From: Fonticula alba ATCC 38817
Lineage: Eukaryota > Protista > Nucleariida
Strand: one strand, 5' to 3'
Length of the DNA: 43,407 nt
Assembly (NCBI GenBank): GCA_000388065.2
Contig: KB932203.1
Shown: positions 1 through 12,077 of the stretch, piece after piece
Position numbering within the stretch: the first letter of the stretch is position 1
Layout of the letters: each line of letters begins with the position of its first letter
Notes under the pieces: model-generated
What the model was told of the DNA's origin: nothing
Database searches by the model: none
What the model saw: the letters and a program-made list of their open reading frames with translations, nothing else
Made by a program: the position numbers and the translations under genes

Positions 1-1092
1 GGGGCTGGGGCCGCACACGCCGCCCCCCCCCCCCCGAGCCCTCGAACGGACGGGCCCGAGAGACCCGGGCGCGAGTCGAGGGGCAGGTGTGCGGCGCGAG
101 GCCGGATCTCACGCAGCTCCCCGTGGCCGGGCGTTCGCGAGCGCGGCCCTGCGCGTTTGCCCACTCCGTCCGGGCTCGACGTCATCGAGGAGCGACCCCC
201 GCGAGTCGGTGGGGCAAATGGCCATTCGGTTCGCTCGGGCGCGCCCCGGCATGAGGGGAGGGCGGGGCGGGGTTCGGCGCATTCCCTTCTCTGACTGCCG
301 CGGCGAGTCGGCGCCCTGCTGCCAACAACACCGGGCGCTCGTTGTTGGTTATGTGCGGCCCGCTGCGCGGCCTCCGCCCGGTGGCGGCCCCGGCCACAAC
401 GCGCCCCAGCGCCACGCGCCCCGCCGCACCCCCTGCACCCCGTGGTAGGGCCAACCCCGGCCGGCGTACGCTGGCAATAGCTCTCCCGGAGTTCTTCCCG
501 CCCTGCGCGGTCGCGCCCGCGCGCACTCGCCCCCGTCCCCGTCGGCTGGCGGGCAAATGGTTTCATGGCCCGGTCCAGCCGGGAAAAGCCCGCTCCCGCC
601 TTCCCCCCGGCCCGCCGCAGGACCGTGTGCCCTTTTTTCTTTCCGCCGGCGCGCACGTACGCGCGCGCGCGCATTCGCGATAACCGCGCGCCGGAACCCC
701 CACGGGGCGGCGGTCCAGGCGCCAGAATCCACGTTATCAAGTCACGCCTGGCGACTAATCACGCCATCGCACATTTCGATCAGCCCCTTGCCGGCCCGGG
801 CGCGCCTCCGATACAGGCCACCCCTTCACGCCTGTCCGCCCCGGGCCGCTCTCGGTTGCACCTCCGTCTTTCAGTCACCCTCTGGCGTCTATTGGCCTCC
901 CCGTCAACCTGGGCAATGCACGCACATGTGCGTGCGTGCGTGTGCGTGTGTGTGTGGGTGTGGGTGGGTGCGCGCAGCGAGGAGGCAAGAAGCCAGGGGA
1001 GGAGGGCCGAGTAGAGGTAAGTCCGCGCGCGGAGCGGGGGTCCGCGCACATGGGGCACGCTTGTCCTGTGCCCCGCGCCATTCCCCAGGGCC

Positions 1093-2966
1093 TCACTGCG
1101 CAGATGCATGAGTCGCATACTCCTCCGGGTGGAACAGGCGCAGGGTGTTGAGGAAGACCTGGTGCGCGAGGGCCCGCTCGGCGGCGTCCTTCTCCTCGTC
1201 CGACAGGAGCTGGTAGGCCTCCGGCCCATCCGGATGGCGGATGGCCGTGACAACCTCCAGGACCGGGTTCATGTGGACCAGCTCCACTCGATCGCGAACC
1301 ACGGACAGCGGATGTGTGGCGGATTCCGGTCGGGTTTGGGGATAGTGGGAGCGAATCAAATGGTACCCCGCATGCGACCGACGAATCATGCACCAAGGGC
1401 CATCGGTTTCCAGCAGCAGCAGTTCAAGCGGAATGCGCCGCACCGTTTGGAGGTTGTCCTCGGTCTTGAGGGAGCTGTGTGTGCATGTGCGTGTGCGTGT
1501 GCGTGTGCGTTGGGGAACAGAGGCACGAGCAAACCCGAAGGCGAGAGGTCAGAGGGATCAATCGTCGGGGAAGAGGGAGAGTAGAAAGAACCGGATGGGC
1601 GGGGCCCCATCGCACGCACCAGCCATTCACGCCGAGGAAGAGCCCAAGCTCGATCAGCTGCTTGGCCTCCTCCCAAGACCCGGTGAAGGAATGGACCACA
1701 CCGCCACCCGGGACCCGGTGGAGGTTCTGCTTCATGATCGAGAGGAAGTCATCGCAGGAGTTGCGGCTGTGAAGAAACATCGGCAGTCGATACTTTTCCG
1801 ACAGGTCAAAGTGCCGCATGAAGACGCTGGCGTTTTCCCGGCCAAGGTAGTGAAAGAAGTGTCAGACACCCGGCCCATGCATCTTGGAGGGACTCACCCG
1901 GAGGACGCACTCCTTCTGGATGTTCTTGGTCGTGTGGCGCAGGCGATCGTAGTCTGCCATCGGCCCCGTAGGGGAGGGGGGGAGGGGGGGGGGGGGGGGG
2001 CATGGGGAAGCACATTCCCAAGTCAGCCGAGTGGCGAGCGTGGCGGAGGGACAGCGGCGAACAGGGAGGCGACAAGGGGAGAGACCCACGCACCAAGGCC
2101 ACACTCGCCGACGGCGATGATCTTCCGGTGGGCTGGCAGGCCGTTTGCCAGAGAATGAGCCATTTGCTCCTGGTCCGCGGCCAGCAGGGCGTCCAAGGCG
2201 CGAAAGTAGTTGTTCATACGGGCATGGCCGCTCTCTTGCTCAATGCGCGCGTACGGGGCCAGCAGGCTGACATCGTAGTGCCCGGGAAACAGACCCTCGT
2301 AGGTCTCGGGCTTGCCCGAGCGCATGTCCGGCCGGGCGGCCACCGCATCTTTGGAGCTGCTTGGGTGCACGCCGGCCGTGGTCATCAGACGAGCTGGGCC
2401 AACATCGAGACAATGCATCAGAATACCAAGTCACATATGGAGGAGGTTCCCCCCGAGAAACCAGGAGAGTGACCGAGGAAGAGGTGTATGTGTGTGTGTG
2501 TGTGTGTGTGTGCGTGTGTGCGTGTCTGAGAGAGAGGGAGGGGGAGAGAGGGAGGGAGGAGGGCACGCGGACGCACGCTCGTCGACGCAAATGCGCAGCG
2601 AGGTCAGCAGATCGCGCAGACTGCCGGCCGTGGCATACGCCCGGTCGACGCCGGCGTCCCAGCCGCGTTGGAGCATCACCGGCAGGTCGCCCGGGCGCTG
2701 TTGGCGGCCTCGATTCATGCCGCGGTACTGCTGGTCGCAAAGATTGATACCAATGTCTGTTTCGCCCCCGCCAGCCCACCCAAAGACAGGCATTCGAGGC
2801 ACAGGCGGGGAGGGGGGGAAGGAGGGATCGGCAAAAGGGAGGAAGGGCAGCCGAGACGCCGGGTGGTGTTAGACATGAAGTCGAGCGCCTGTGTGTGCGT
2901 GTCTTCGGCTGACACGCAAAGCCGTGCCGAGAGAATGAGCAGAGGCCCGAGACACGCACCAATCAT
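1093..2966 (-). CDS. TATDN1: TatD-family DNase (TATDN1-like), 6 exons: 2966-2960, 2756-2577, 2393-2094, 1953-1911, 1826-1620, 1474-1093 (372 aa)
   Basis: Spliced product reads MIDIGINL...TTAGVHP...GECGLDYDRL...LPMFLHSR...VVHSFTG...GVNGCSLKT...LETDGPWC. All five introns are GTGCGT...AG. Exon lengths sum to 1119 nt, in frame to TGA. Confidence 0.95.
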
Positions 2967-3811
2967 CTTGATGCCCTGCTTGGCCGGGGGAAAGGGGAGG
3001 GACGACCGCAAGAGGGGGCTCGCTTGATCTGGCGCCTGGGTGGAATGGGTGCGCCCCCGGGGGGGCTGATCGGAAGCCGGGCCACAAGGACGACAGGACA
3101 TGCTGCTTCGGAAGGCGGCCAGGGTGAACAGAGGCCCGTGACGGGAAACCTCGCGAAGGGACGGAAGGGCGAAAATATCGACGGCCAGGCGGATGCGGCT
3201 GCCGTTCAGTCGGGGAGACGGGCAGACCGGCGGAGGGAAATCAGGAGGAGCTGGGGGCTGCAAAAAAAGAGAGAAGCCGTGTGGATGATGCAGCACGGGA
3301 CCTCCCCCCTGGAACAACGGCCCCTTTTGCCCGAGGGCTGACACATCCCCCTCCGCGCGCCTGGGCACTCGCGCCCACCCGGCGCCCGCACGCCGCTCCG
3401 TCGGCGGCGGCCTCGGCGCCGCCCGATCCTCCTGGGGGATCAGCCTGGCACCCTTGGCCGATGGCCCGGGCTGCCAACGGATCACGAATCCGCGCCGATC
3501 GCATCGTCGGCCCCGCTCCTCCTTCGCCCTGTCCCGGGTGTGGCCCCGGGTGCGGCCTCGGGTGCGGCCCCACCCACTGCCCCCCCCCCCCCCCCCCCGG
3601 GTCGCAACCGAGTCGGGCTCCGCTCGGGTCGGCTCCTGACAGCCATGGGCGGGAAGTTTGTTGAGCGTGTGTATTGTATGCGCCATACATGTTGCGGTTG
3701 TGGGTGGAATTGGGCACCGGAGCCGTTGCGTGTATGTTGCATCATCGCGAGAGCTGGCGGAAGATGCACGCTTCCATGCGCCCTGGCTCAGGCACCTGGG
3801 ATAGTCTTGAC

Positions 3812-3854
3812 GCTGCTGCTGCTGCTGCTGCTGCTGCTGTTCTTGTTGTTGTTT

Positions 3855-3899
<45 letters not shown>

Positions 3900-3900
3900 T
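3812..3900. repeat. Interrupted (CTG)n/(TTG)n trinucleotide tract; CAG/CAA on the minus strand
   Basis: Seen directly: (CAG)10-(CAA)3-AAA-(CAA)3-GAA-(CAG)9 on the minus strand. Confidence 0.95.
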
Positions 3901-4167
3901 TCCTGTTGGTGGCGATGCTGTTATCCCCTTTTTGTGCCGTGCCCTTGGCCGGGAGGAGATACCGATGGACAAGGGGCGCGAGAGGAAGATGGGGGGGGGG
4001 GGGCGAGAGAGCGCCGCGAGATGCCGCTCTCGCCGGCCATCCTAGCAATGAACGGCCCGAGGCCCGAGGTGGGTGTCAGCGCGAGGGGCTGGCCCCCCTG
4101 GTGGCCCGATTCCTCTCCGCCCGGTGGACTTCCGGCCCATTGGCCGGCACGCCCCCTGGAGATCTCG

Positions 4168-7100
4168 CTACTCGCCCATGTCCACGTCCTCCTGGGTGGC
4201 GGTCGGCTCGGCCGTGGCAAGGAGGTGCTGCCCGCCCGCGGCAGCCGCGGAGGCGTTGCCCTGCCCGGCTCCGGGGGCCGGGGCTCCGCGCCAGGACTGG
4301 CCCGCTGGCCGAAGGTATTGCCCGTCGGCTGCCGTATCGGACACCGAGGAATCGGTCGAGCTGGAGGCGGCCACACCGCTGAAGGCCTGGTCATGCGGGC
4401 CCGGCTGCGACGAGCGGTCCACGCCCGGGCCCGGGGTGCTGCTGCCATCAGGCAGGGGCACGCCCGAGGCGAAGGTCGGCACACGCAGCGGGCCACTCCC
4501 GAGCGCCGGCTGCCCGAAGGGGCTGCCAGTCGAGCCGCTGCCCGGCATCCCCCCGCGGAAGGCCCCTCCCGCGGAGCCGACCTTGGTGGGATCCAAGTTT
4601 GGCCCCAGCCCGGGGGCGGATGCTGGGACCGACACGGCAGCGACCGCCGCCGCGGCCGCCGCCGGTGGTGCGGCCATCGCCGACGCGAAGAAATGCTTCG
4701 GCCCCGGGCCGATGCCCGAGCGCAGGGCCGCATCCACAAAGGCCAGGTCGCTCTTTTGCAGGGTGTTGTTCCAGGACAGGGCATTCCGGTCGCCGGCCCC
4801 GGCAGCCGGGGCTCCCGGGTCGGAGCGCCCGCCGGCCGGGGCCGACTGAGCCCCGGCCGCCGCCGGCACCCCCGACGAGTCCCAAGCCATGTCGAAGGCC
4901 GACTGCCGGGTCAATTGATCCATGCCGGCTGGCCGGAACGGATCCACGAAGGGGAACCCCTGGCGGAAGACCAGCTTCGGGCTGTGCCCGGCTGGGGGGT
5001 TGTCGCTGTAGGGCCAGCTGGCCGGGGCCGGTCCCTCGATGATCATCTTCTCACAGACTCGCGCCTGCCGGGCCATGAGCTCCAGGTGCGGGCGAATGGG
5101 AAACCGGGAGTAGTCTAGGGGGTTCCCGTGCCCGAGGGGGGGGGGGGGACGCGCATGGGTCGGCACATTGCGGCGGACATGTGCATGTGCACAAGTGGCC
5201 ACAGGCAGGGACATGTGTGTGTATGTCAAAGGACACACATGGGTGCGTGCATGTGCGTGCGTGAGTTAGAGGGCTCCACGGCGAGAAGGTGCATCAGCAT
5301 GGCGACATGGGCAACCCGACGGGCCACCGCGGGGGAGGGGGAGGAATGCACGCACGCAGCAGCGCCGCATTCACCAGGGCCGCCACACGGGCACACTCAC
5401 TGGTGACGCGATTGAAGCCGGGCTCCCCTTCCACAGCCCAGATGTCCTGGACGTGTGTCGGGGCCAGCAGCGGCCAGGGGGGATACCGATGCGTGGGGAT
5501 GGGTCCGCCGGATGCGTGGTCCGCGTCGCTGGGCGGCTGGGCCGGCCCTTCGACCGACCAGTCCCCCGGCTGGGGGGCATGCAGCGCCTCGGGGGCCATC
5601 CCGTCCGACGGGTGGGCCCCCTCGCCGAAGGACCGGCCCAAATAGGCCAGCAGACTGAACAGCCGATTGACATGCAGGAAGGCATGGCGATCCGACACCA
5701 GCAGGTCCTGGCTGTCATGGTTGAGCTTCTGCCCATAGTAGAGGGCCGCCGTGAGGTCGGGGAAGTTTTCCTGGCTGCAGGAGGGCCGCCACGAGCCCGG
5801 GCCCATCTCGGCGATGCGCCGGTGGATGTCCTCCGGCAGAGGGACACTCAGGTCGAAGATCTCCACCGGGGCCAGGGACCCGCCGCGCAGGTACCGTCGA
5901 ACGTAGTCCAGAGCCAGAAGACGGAACTTGAGCCTGCTCCGCGGCCGGGGGGCGGGACACAGAGCAGCGGCCCAGCAGGCAGACAAGCGCCAGCGAGCGT
6001 GACAGCATGCACAAACACACAGGCGCACATGCACGGCAGCCGCGCCCGGGCCCCATATGGTCCGGGGTCACATGCGGTCAGTGGACCTGGCAGCGAGGCA
6101 AGGCGCCCGAGCACTCCTGGAGCAGAGCACTCCCCCCCCCCCCCCCCCCCCCCACCGGCCCGCTGGGCGAGTGTCAAACACGGCCCTGCCGCGGGGGCCT
6201 CCACGCACCTTGGATCCATGAGGACAGCTTCGGCGGCGCTGATGCTACCGGCCTTGGGGGGCCCGGCCGAGGTGCCGCCATCACCCGCCAGCCGGGGGGA
6301 CGCCTCCCCGGCGTGGGTCTTCAGCTGGCGCAAAATGACCATCGCCTCGGCAGGGTACCCGGCGCAGATGAGGCGATTGACGGTCCGGTGGATGCGGGCC
6401 ACTTCCATCTGCCCGCGCAGGCGTTCCAGATCGTGGGCCATTTGCAGCGGGACCGTGTGCCGCGGGGCGACCGGCGACCGGGGCTTCGGGCTGTCGGTGC
6501 TGCTTTCGGCGGGCGGCGGGCTCTCCGCGGCCAGGGGCTCCTGGCCCGGGCCGGAGGCCGGCTCTCCTTCGATGTTGTTGCTTAGCTCCGGGTAGGTCGA
6601 CCGGAAGAAGGTCTGACATGGCAGCGGTCAGCAGGCGCGCGAGGGCCCCCCGGGTGGCAGGCCAGCCCGACGGAGGCCAAGCGACACGCCGCACAGGACC
6701 CACACTGGTGCGTCAGTCCCTCGGAAGCCATTGGCTGTGATGCCCCCCAGTGCCGGATTTGGCGCGCGTGCCCCACCGGGTGTTTTTGCATGAAGAGAAG
6801 CAGCTCCCTGCCCCGCCCCGCCCCCCCCCCCTCGTCGGGACTCCTCGCACCTCGGCCGCCTGATCCGCGCCGCGGTGGATCAGGTACCCCAGAACCAGGG
6901 ACTGGGCTCCGACTTTCAACAGCCGAGCCTCGGTTTCGATGCGCTCGCCCGGACTGGGCAGGCTCTGGGGATTGCCCACCAGATGCTCGATGGAGGAGCC
7001 CCGGTCGCTGGCAGCCGCCTCGCGCGGGTGGGCCCCGGCCGAGCGCGCCTCGCCGGGCTCGGCTTGGCCCTTCCCCGGGCCATAGTCCTCCAGCGTGCGT

Positions 7101-9032
7101 GGCCGGTTCCGATAGATCCGGTCAAAGAGGCCGGCCAGCTGCTGCCCGGCGGTGCGTGGCTGCCCGGCCGGGTCCGGCCACACCTGCAGAATGGACCACA
7201 CGCGTTCCTGCTCGGCCTGGGCTCGGTGGTGGAAAGGCGGCCTGGTCAGTCCGGCCAGCGAGCAGTGCCACCTCCCTCGCCCTCCCCACTCCCCTGTCGG
7301 AGACGCACCTTAACATGGGCGTCAATGTCGAAGACAAAGGGCCAGTTGCCGAAGTTGGCCACCACGCTATCCCCGGGCTGGGTGAACCCGACGGCGGGGG
7401 CCAAGAAAACCGACGCCGGGGGGCAGCCCCGGCCGTCGACATTACGGAAGTCGATTGGGCAGCCTACCATCGGGTCACCCGTCGTCCGAGGGGGCGAGGA
7501 ACCAGGCGAGGCACGCGCGCACGCGCAGAGAAAGGCACAGTGAGTGAGGCGGCCCGCGAAAAGGCTGGTCCCGGGAGATCGCGGCTTCCCGCGCCCCCTC
7601 GGGCGGACATCAAGGCCCACACGCACCCAGGTATACGCCGTTCTTGGTGAAGAAAATCCGCCGCCGGCGGATATCATACCCGGCTCCAATCACATCGCCC
7701 ACGCCGAAGCACGGCCCGAAGGTGGTGCCCGTGCTGCTTTGATTGTAGAAGTGCCCATTGTCGCTGTGGTAGCCGAAGGACTCGTTGACCCAGCCTGTGG
7801 CATGCGCCGCACGGGCCATTCAGGGCACATGGTCAGCCGGCCGGAGGGTCAGCAACTGCGCCAGGAGCCGACGCCGGGCATGTGCCCCATCGGCACCCCT
7901 CCCACCAACCCGCCTCCTGCGCTGGTGCCAGTCCTGCCTCGGCCCCTCTCTCCCCTCCCGGCGCATGAAAGGCAAGTGCTGGTCGGCTGCGGTGGGGCGC
8001 TCCCGTAGCACTGGAAGTGCCAGCTCCGCAAGGGGTCCCGGGCCTGCGCTTCCTTTGCGTGCAGACCCGGGATGCCCCGGGGCACGAACCGCCGGGCCGG
8101 GCCACCACGTGCAATGATGTTCGCTGATGCGGGCCAACAACTGGGCCAAAGGAATGGAGTGCACACAGCGGGTCCTCCAGACACCGAAGGCATGACGCAC
8201 CTGGGAGACTTTGTTGCACGCACTTGTGCGAAGAGTAGCCGACACAAGTGGCCCTGGGGGTGGGGGCACGAGGCGGCGCACAAAGGACAGCATGTCAGTG
8301 TCCACCGGGGAGGGGCCCGAAGGAAAGATGCTGTCCATGATGATGGTTTACATACCCGGCTCCCTCGCATTCGAGGACCATCACCTCGAAGTAGTAGATG
8401 CCGCAATAGAGCGGGACCGTGACATTGCTGCGAATGCTGCGCGGCTTGTTGTCGGCATCTGGCCATCGGGCCCGGCATGCACCAGCGCGGGGAGGGGGGG
8501 GGGATCATTTCCCGATACAATGAGTGTGACCAGTGTCAGAATAGAAAGCAGAGGCCGAGAGAGAGAGACAGGCCGAGAGCCCGCAGGGCTATAGGTCCAT
8601 GGTGGCAGGAAAGCGCTTGAGCCCCGCACCGGTCCCCATGGTGGCGCAAAGGCCACCCCAGTCGAGCTTGATGTTGGTGAAGGCCTGGTCGAAGGACCAG
8701 CTGGAGGGCAGGGTCTCCAGCAAGGCGGCCGGGTTGCAGTACCAGCGCTCGGCCGGCGGGTCGCCGGAATCCAGGTCCACGCTGTCGACGCTGGGCCCGA
8801 CCAGGTCTTGGCTCAGGCCGGAGGGAGGGTTTTTGTCGCTGGCCGGCATGGCCAGCAGGTGCTGCAGGTACGACGGCGGGCTGGTCAGCCGAGGGAAGAC
8901 CGACACCGCCATGTGGACCTTGCGCACGCGCTCGATGCGCTCACGTAGCTGTGCCGGGATCGCCGAGTCCTGGGGCGGCCGGGTCTGGGCATGCGACAGC
9001 CGTGTTGGCAGTCGGTGCGTCGGCCACGACAT
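4168..9032 (-). CDS. RANBP9: RanBP9/RanBP10 (Gid1/Vid30)-like CTLH E3 ligase subunit with SPRY-LisH-CTLH-CRA domains; about 9 exons
   Basis: SPRY motifs: LPSSWS, CGIYYFEV, LPGWVNESFGYHSDNGHFY, GDVIGAGYD...FFTKNG, ANFGNWPFVFDI. LisH: LVLGYLIHRG. CRA: FSLLAY...VNAALL. GT-AG introns restore the frame. ATG 9032, stop 4168. Confidence 0.9.
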
Positions 9033-9970
9033 GCTTCAGTGTCGAGGGCTGCGGCGGGAGGTGCACCGGCGAGCAGGGCGACGGCGGGGGAATTAAGTTG
9101 TCCCGAAGGGGTTCGGGCAGCAAGAAGCACCTGCGGGCAGTCGCGTGGAAGGGCCAAACCAGCCCGGTGGTCACGGCGAAGGCGGGAGGCAGTGGCGAAA
9201 AGGCGACCGTTGCGCGGGCGAGGGAGTGCAGCAGACAAGAAAGGAATGGGCAATATTGCAGGGGGAGGAGAAGGGAGGGGGAAAATAGAGGGCGGAAGAG
9301 CCTGATGGAGGAGAAAGTACAACAAGGGCCCCGACGCAGTGGGGATGTTTTCTTTTGGCGGACGGCTCGGGGGGGGGGACACCAGTGTCCGGCTGGACTA
9401 ACATGTGGGCTTCCCAGGGCCCGGCGCCTGGCCCGGCGCCTGTACAGGGGCCTCCCGCGGCGCGCCGCGAACCAGGACGCGTCGGCATGCCGGCTGTCGA
9501 CGGCCAGAGCATGGGGCGCGTGCCGAGCCCCGCCCCGGGGGAGCGTGCGTCACGCCGGCCCCTGACACCGCGCCAGCACCTCGCAGTCGCCCCCTCGAGA
9601 AACATGCTTGGCCAGGGCATGGGGACGTTGTGCAGCAACGGCACGCGCCTCTCCATCCCCCGCTATACCCTCAATCGCCCGCCCGCCCGCCCGCCCGCCC
9701 CCGGTCCTGGCCCACAATGGAAAATGACAACAGATGTCGAGCGATCAGCCGCGCGGTGGCCATATCATGCCCGGGTCACATTATTCAATGAAGGTCACGC
9801 GCCGGTCGTGGATGGCTTTTTCCCGCGCCTCGGCGCGCGGCTCCTGCACGCTGCTCCCCGGCACACGGCCCACCTCCCCCCCACCTCCCCCCCCCCCTCC
9901 CATATACCCCTCCCCCACGCCTCTCCCGTCTCCGAAGCCTCTCCCCGTTACCCCTCCTTCGCCTGCCGAG

Positions 9971-11726
9971 ATGAGCGACGACGATCGCCGGCGCCGGCGT
10001 CGCCGGCGCTCTCGCAGCCGCAGCCGCTCTCGCAGCCGGTCCCGGTCGCGCACCGAATCCTCGCATCGGCGGTCGTCCGGTCGCTCGCGCGATCTGTCGC
10101 CGCGAAACCGCTCACGCGATCGGGATTCCCGCCGAAGCCGTCGAAGCGACTCGTCCCGATCTTCTGCACGTCGACGCCGGTCTCGCTCTCGCTCTCGCTC
10201 TCGCTCTCGCTCTCGGGACCGTTCGCGCGATCGTCGCCGTGACCGCGATCGTGGCCGCGACCGCGATCGTGGCCGCGACCGCGATCGTGACCGTCGCCGG
10301 CGCTCCCGGTCCCGTTCCCCCTCGCCTGTGAGCGAGCGCCGCCAGCGTGCCAGCCCCCCTCCAGCCGAGCCCCTCTCCCCCATTCGGTTGCCGGCTCGCA
10401 GCAACACCCCCACCGACGATGGCCGGAATGGTAGTGCGACAATTGGCCCCGCGGTACCGGCCCACCTGGCCAACGCGGGTGCCGCTGCCTCTGCTGCTGC
10501 GCCCATTGGGCCACAGCTGCCGGCCGGGCTTGCTCCGCCCGGGGCGGCCATCGGCCCGGCCCGGCCGCCCGGGCCCCTTCCCCCGGGACCCATTGCCGGT
10601 GCCCCCGGTCCCGGACTCCATCACAGCGATTCCGATGACTCGGACGACTTTGGCCCGAGCATCACCTCGGCCATGACCTTCGACCAGGCCCAGCGCCATG
10701 TGAATGCCGCCACCATCGACTCTTTCAACTCGGTTTCTCAGGCGCAGCGCAGTCGCTTGGAGGCGGCCGCCGAGCCAGAGGTGCGTCCTTGGCATCTGCC
10801 TGTACTTTCGCCCCCTCCTTCCCCCGGAACACACACACATACACACACACACACACGCGCGCGCGCGCGCGCGCGCGCGTGCGCCCCATCGTGCAATGGG
10901 GCCGGGACATGCTCATGGCTCTGACGCTGACTTCTTGCTTGCTCTGGACACTTGCTCCTCTTCTCCGCGCGGTCACTCCGAAGGATGATGGCTCCACCAA
11001 GCGTGAAGAGTGGATGACCGTTCTGCCGGACATCAATCTCTTCGGACCGAGTCGTAAGCGCCTCGGGTCTGGCAACCCCAATGCTCTCGGCGACCGATCT
11101 GTCTGGACAGACACCCCGGCCGATGTGGCGCGCAAGCAGCAGGTACACCGGCCCACGATGTGCCCTCTCGTCTGTCCTGCCACACACACGCGCACACACA
11201 CACACACACACACACTTCCTCTCCTCAGTCAGCTGTAGCTCCTCACATATTGCTGTTTGTCCACACACACACACACACACACACACACAGGAAAAGCTCC
11301 AAAAGAAGGACGACGAGCCAGTCCTCGTGACCCTCCAACGCCCGGCGCTGGTGCGTAGACATGCTCCGCCTCCTGCTCGCGCACCCGCACACCCGCGCAC
11401 CCACACACCCGCACACCCGCGCACCACCATCGCCTGACCGTATCCCCGCCACTTGGCCGCCTGTGTCGGGGGCCACCCGCGCACATCCGCCCACACAGGC
11501 CCCGACTCCCCGAGCCGGGCCGTCTCTCATGGATAGCTACTTGAAGAGCTCCACTTACAGTGAGCGCAAGACCGAGGATGCCCAGTACCGGCCCTTCAAC
11601 CCGCTGGTCGACATGGCCGAGCCGACGCAAAAAAGCGCCGCGCAAAAGAACAAGATGATCCGTAGTATCATGGGCGACGCGTATGGCCACGCCGGTGGCG
11701 GAATGTCTGGCTTCGAGCGCGGATGA
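9971..11726 (+). CDS. GPALPP1: GPALPP1/DUF3752-like protein with N-terminal RS/RD domain; exons 9971-10780, 10984-11142, 11291-11350, 11499-11726
   Basis: IGP-x-x-P repeats (IGPAVP, IGPQLP, IGPARPP), then REEWMTVLP, GDRSVWTDTPAD and SLMD...RPFN, matching recalled GPALPP1 motifs. All exons are phase 0. Confidence 0.85.
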
Positions 11727-12068
11727 GAGAGGCCGTTCCCTCCCCCCTTTCCCTGCCTCGCCTCGTTCACCTGTGGTCGACGCTCAAGAATACACCCTTT
11801 GATCGACTGGATGTCGTCCTGCCGTCATTTGTGCGTGCGTGTGCGTGTATGTGTGTGTGCGTGCGTGTGGCGGACCGGGCCTGTGATTTTTCCCAGCGGT
11901 TATCCCTCCCTTCACCTACACACACACACACATACATACACACTTGGCCGCGGTCAGGGGGGTAGATAGGCGACCATGTACAAATTCCAGTGCGACGCGG
12001 TCCCCCCCCCCCCCCCAGCAATCAGCCCTCAAAGACGACACACTCTAAAAAGGTGGCCAAAGACCACC

Positions 12069-12075
12069 AAAAAAA
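12069..12075 (-). terminator. RNA polymerase III oligo-T terminator (T7) of the tRNA gene
   Basis: Seven T on the minus strand, starting two nt after the discriminator base. Confidence 0.8.
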
Positions 12076-12077
12076 CT

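Noticed and set aside
322-348. 8-bp hairpin CCAACAAC/GTTGTTGG
   Set aside because: A single short stem made of simple repeats; expected by chance.
10230-10300. Tandem GACCGCGATCGTGGCCGC repeats resembling an array
   Set aside because: In-frame coding repeats (DRDRGR) of the RS/RD domain with no unique spacers; not CRISPR.
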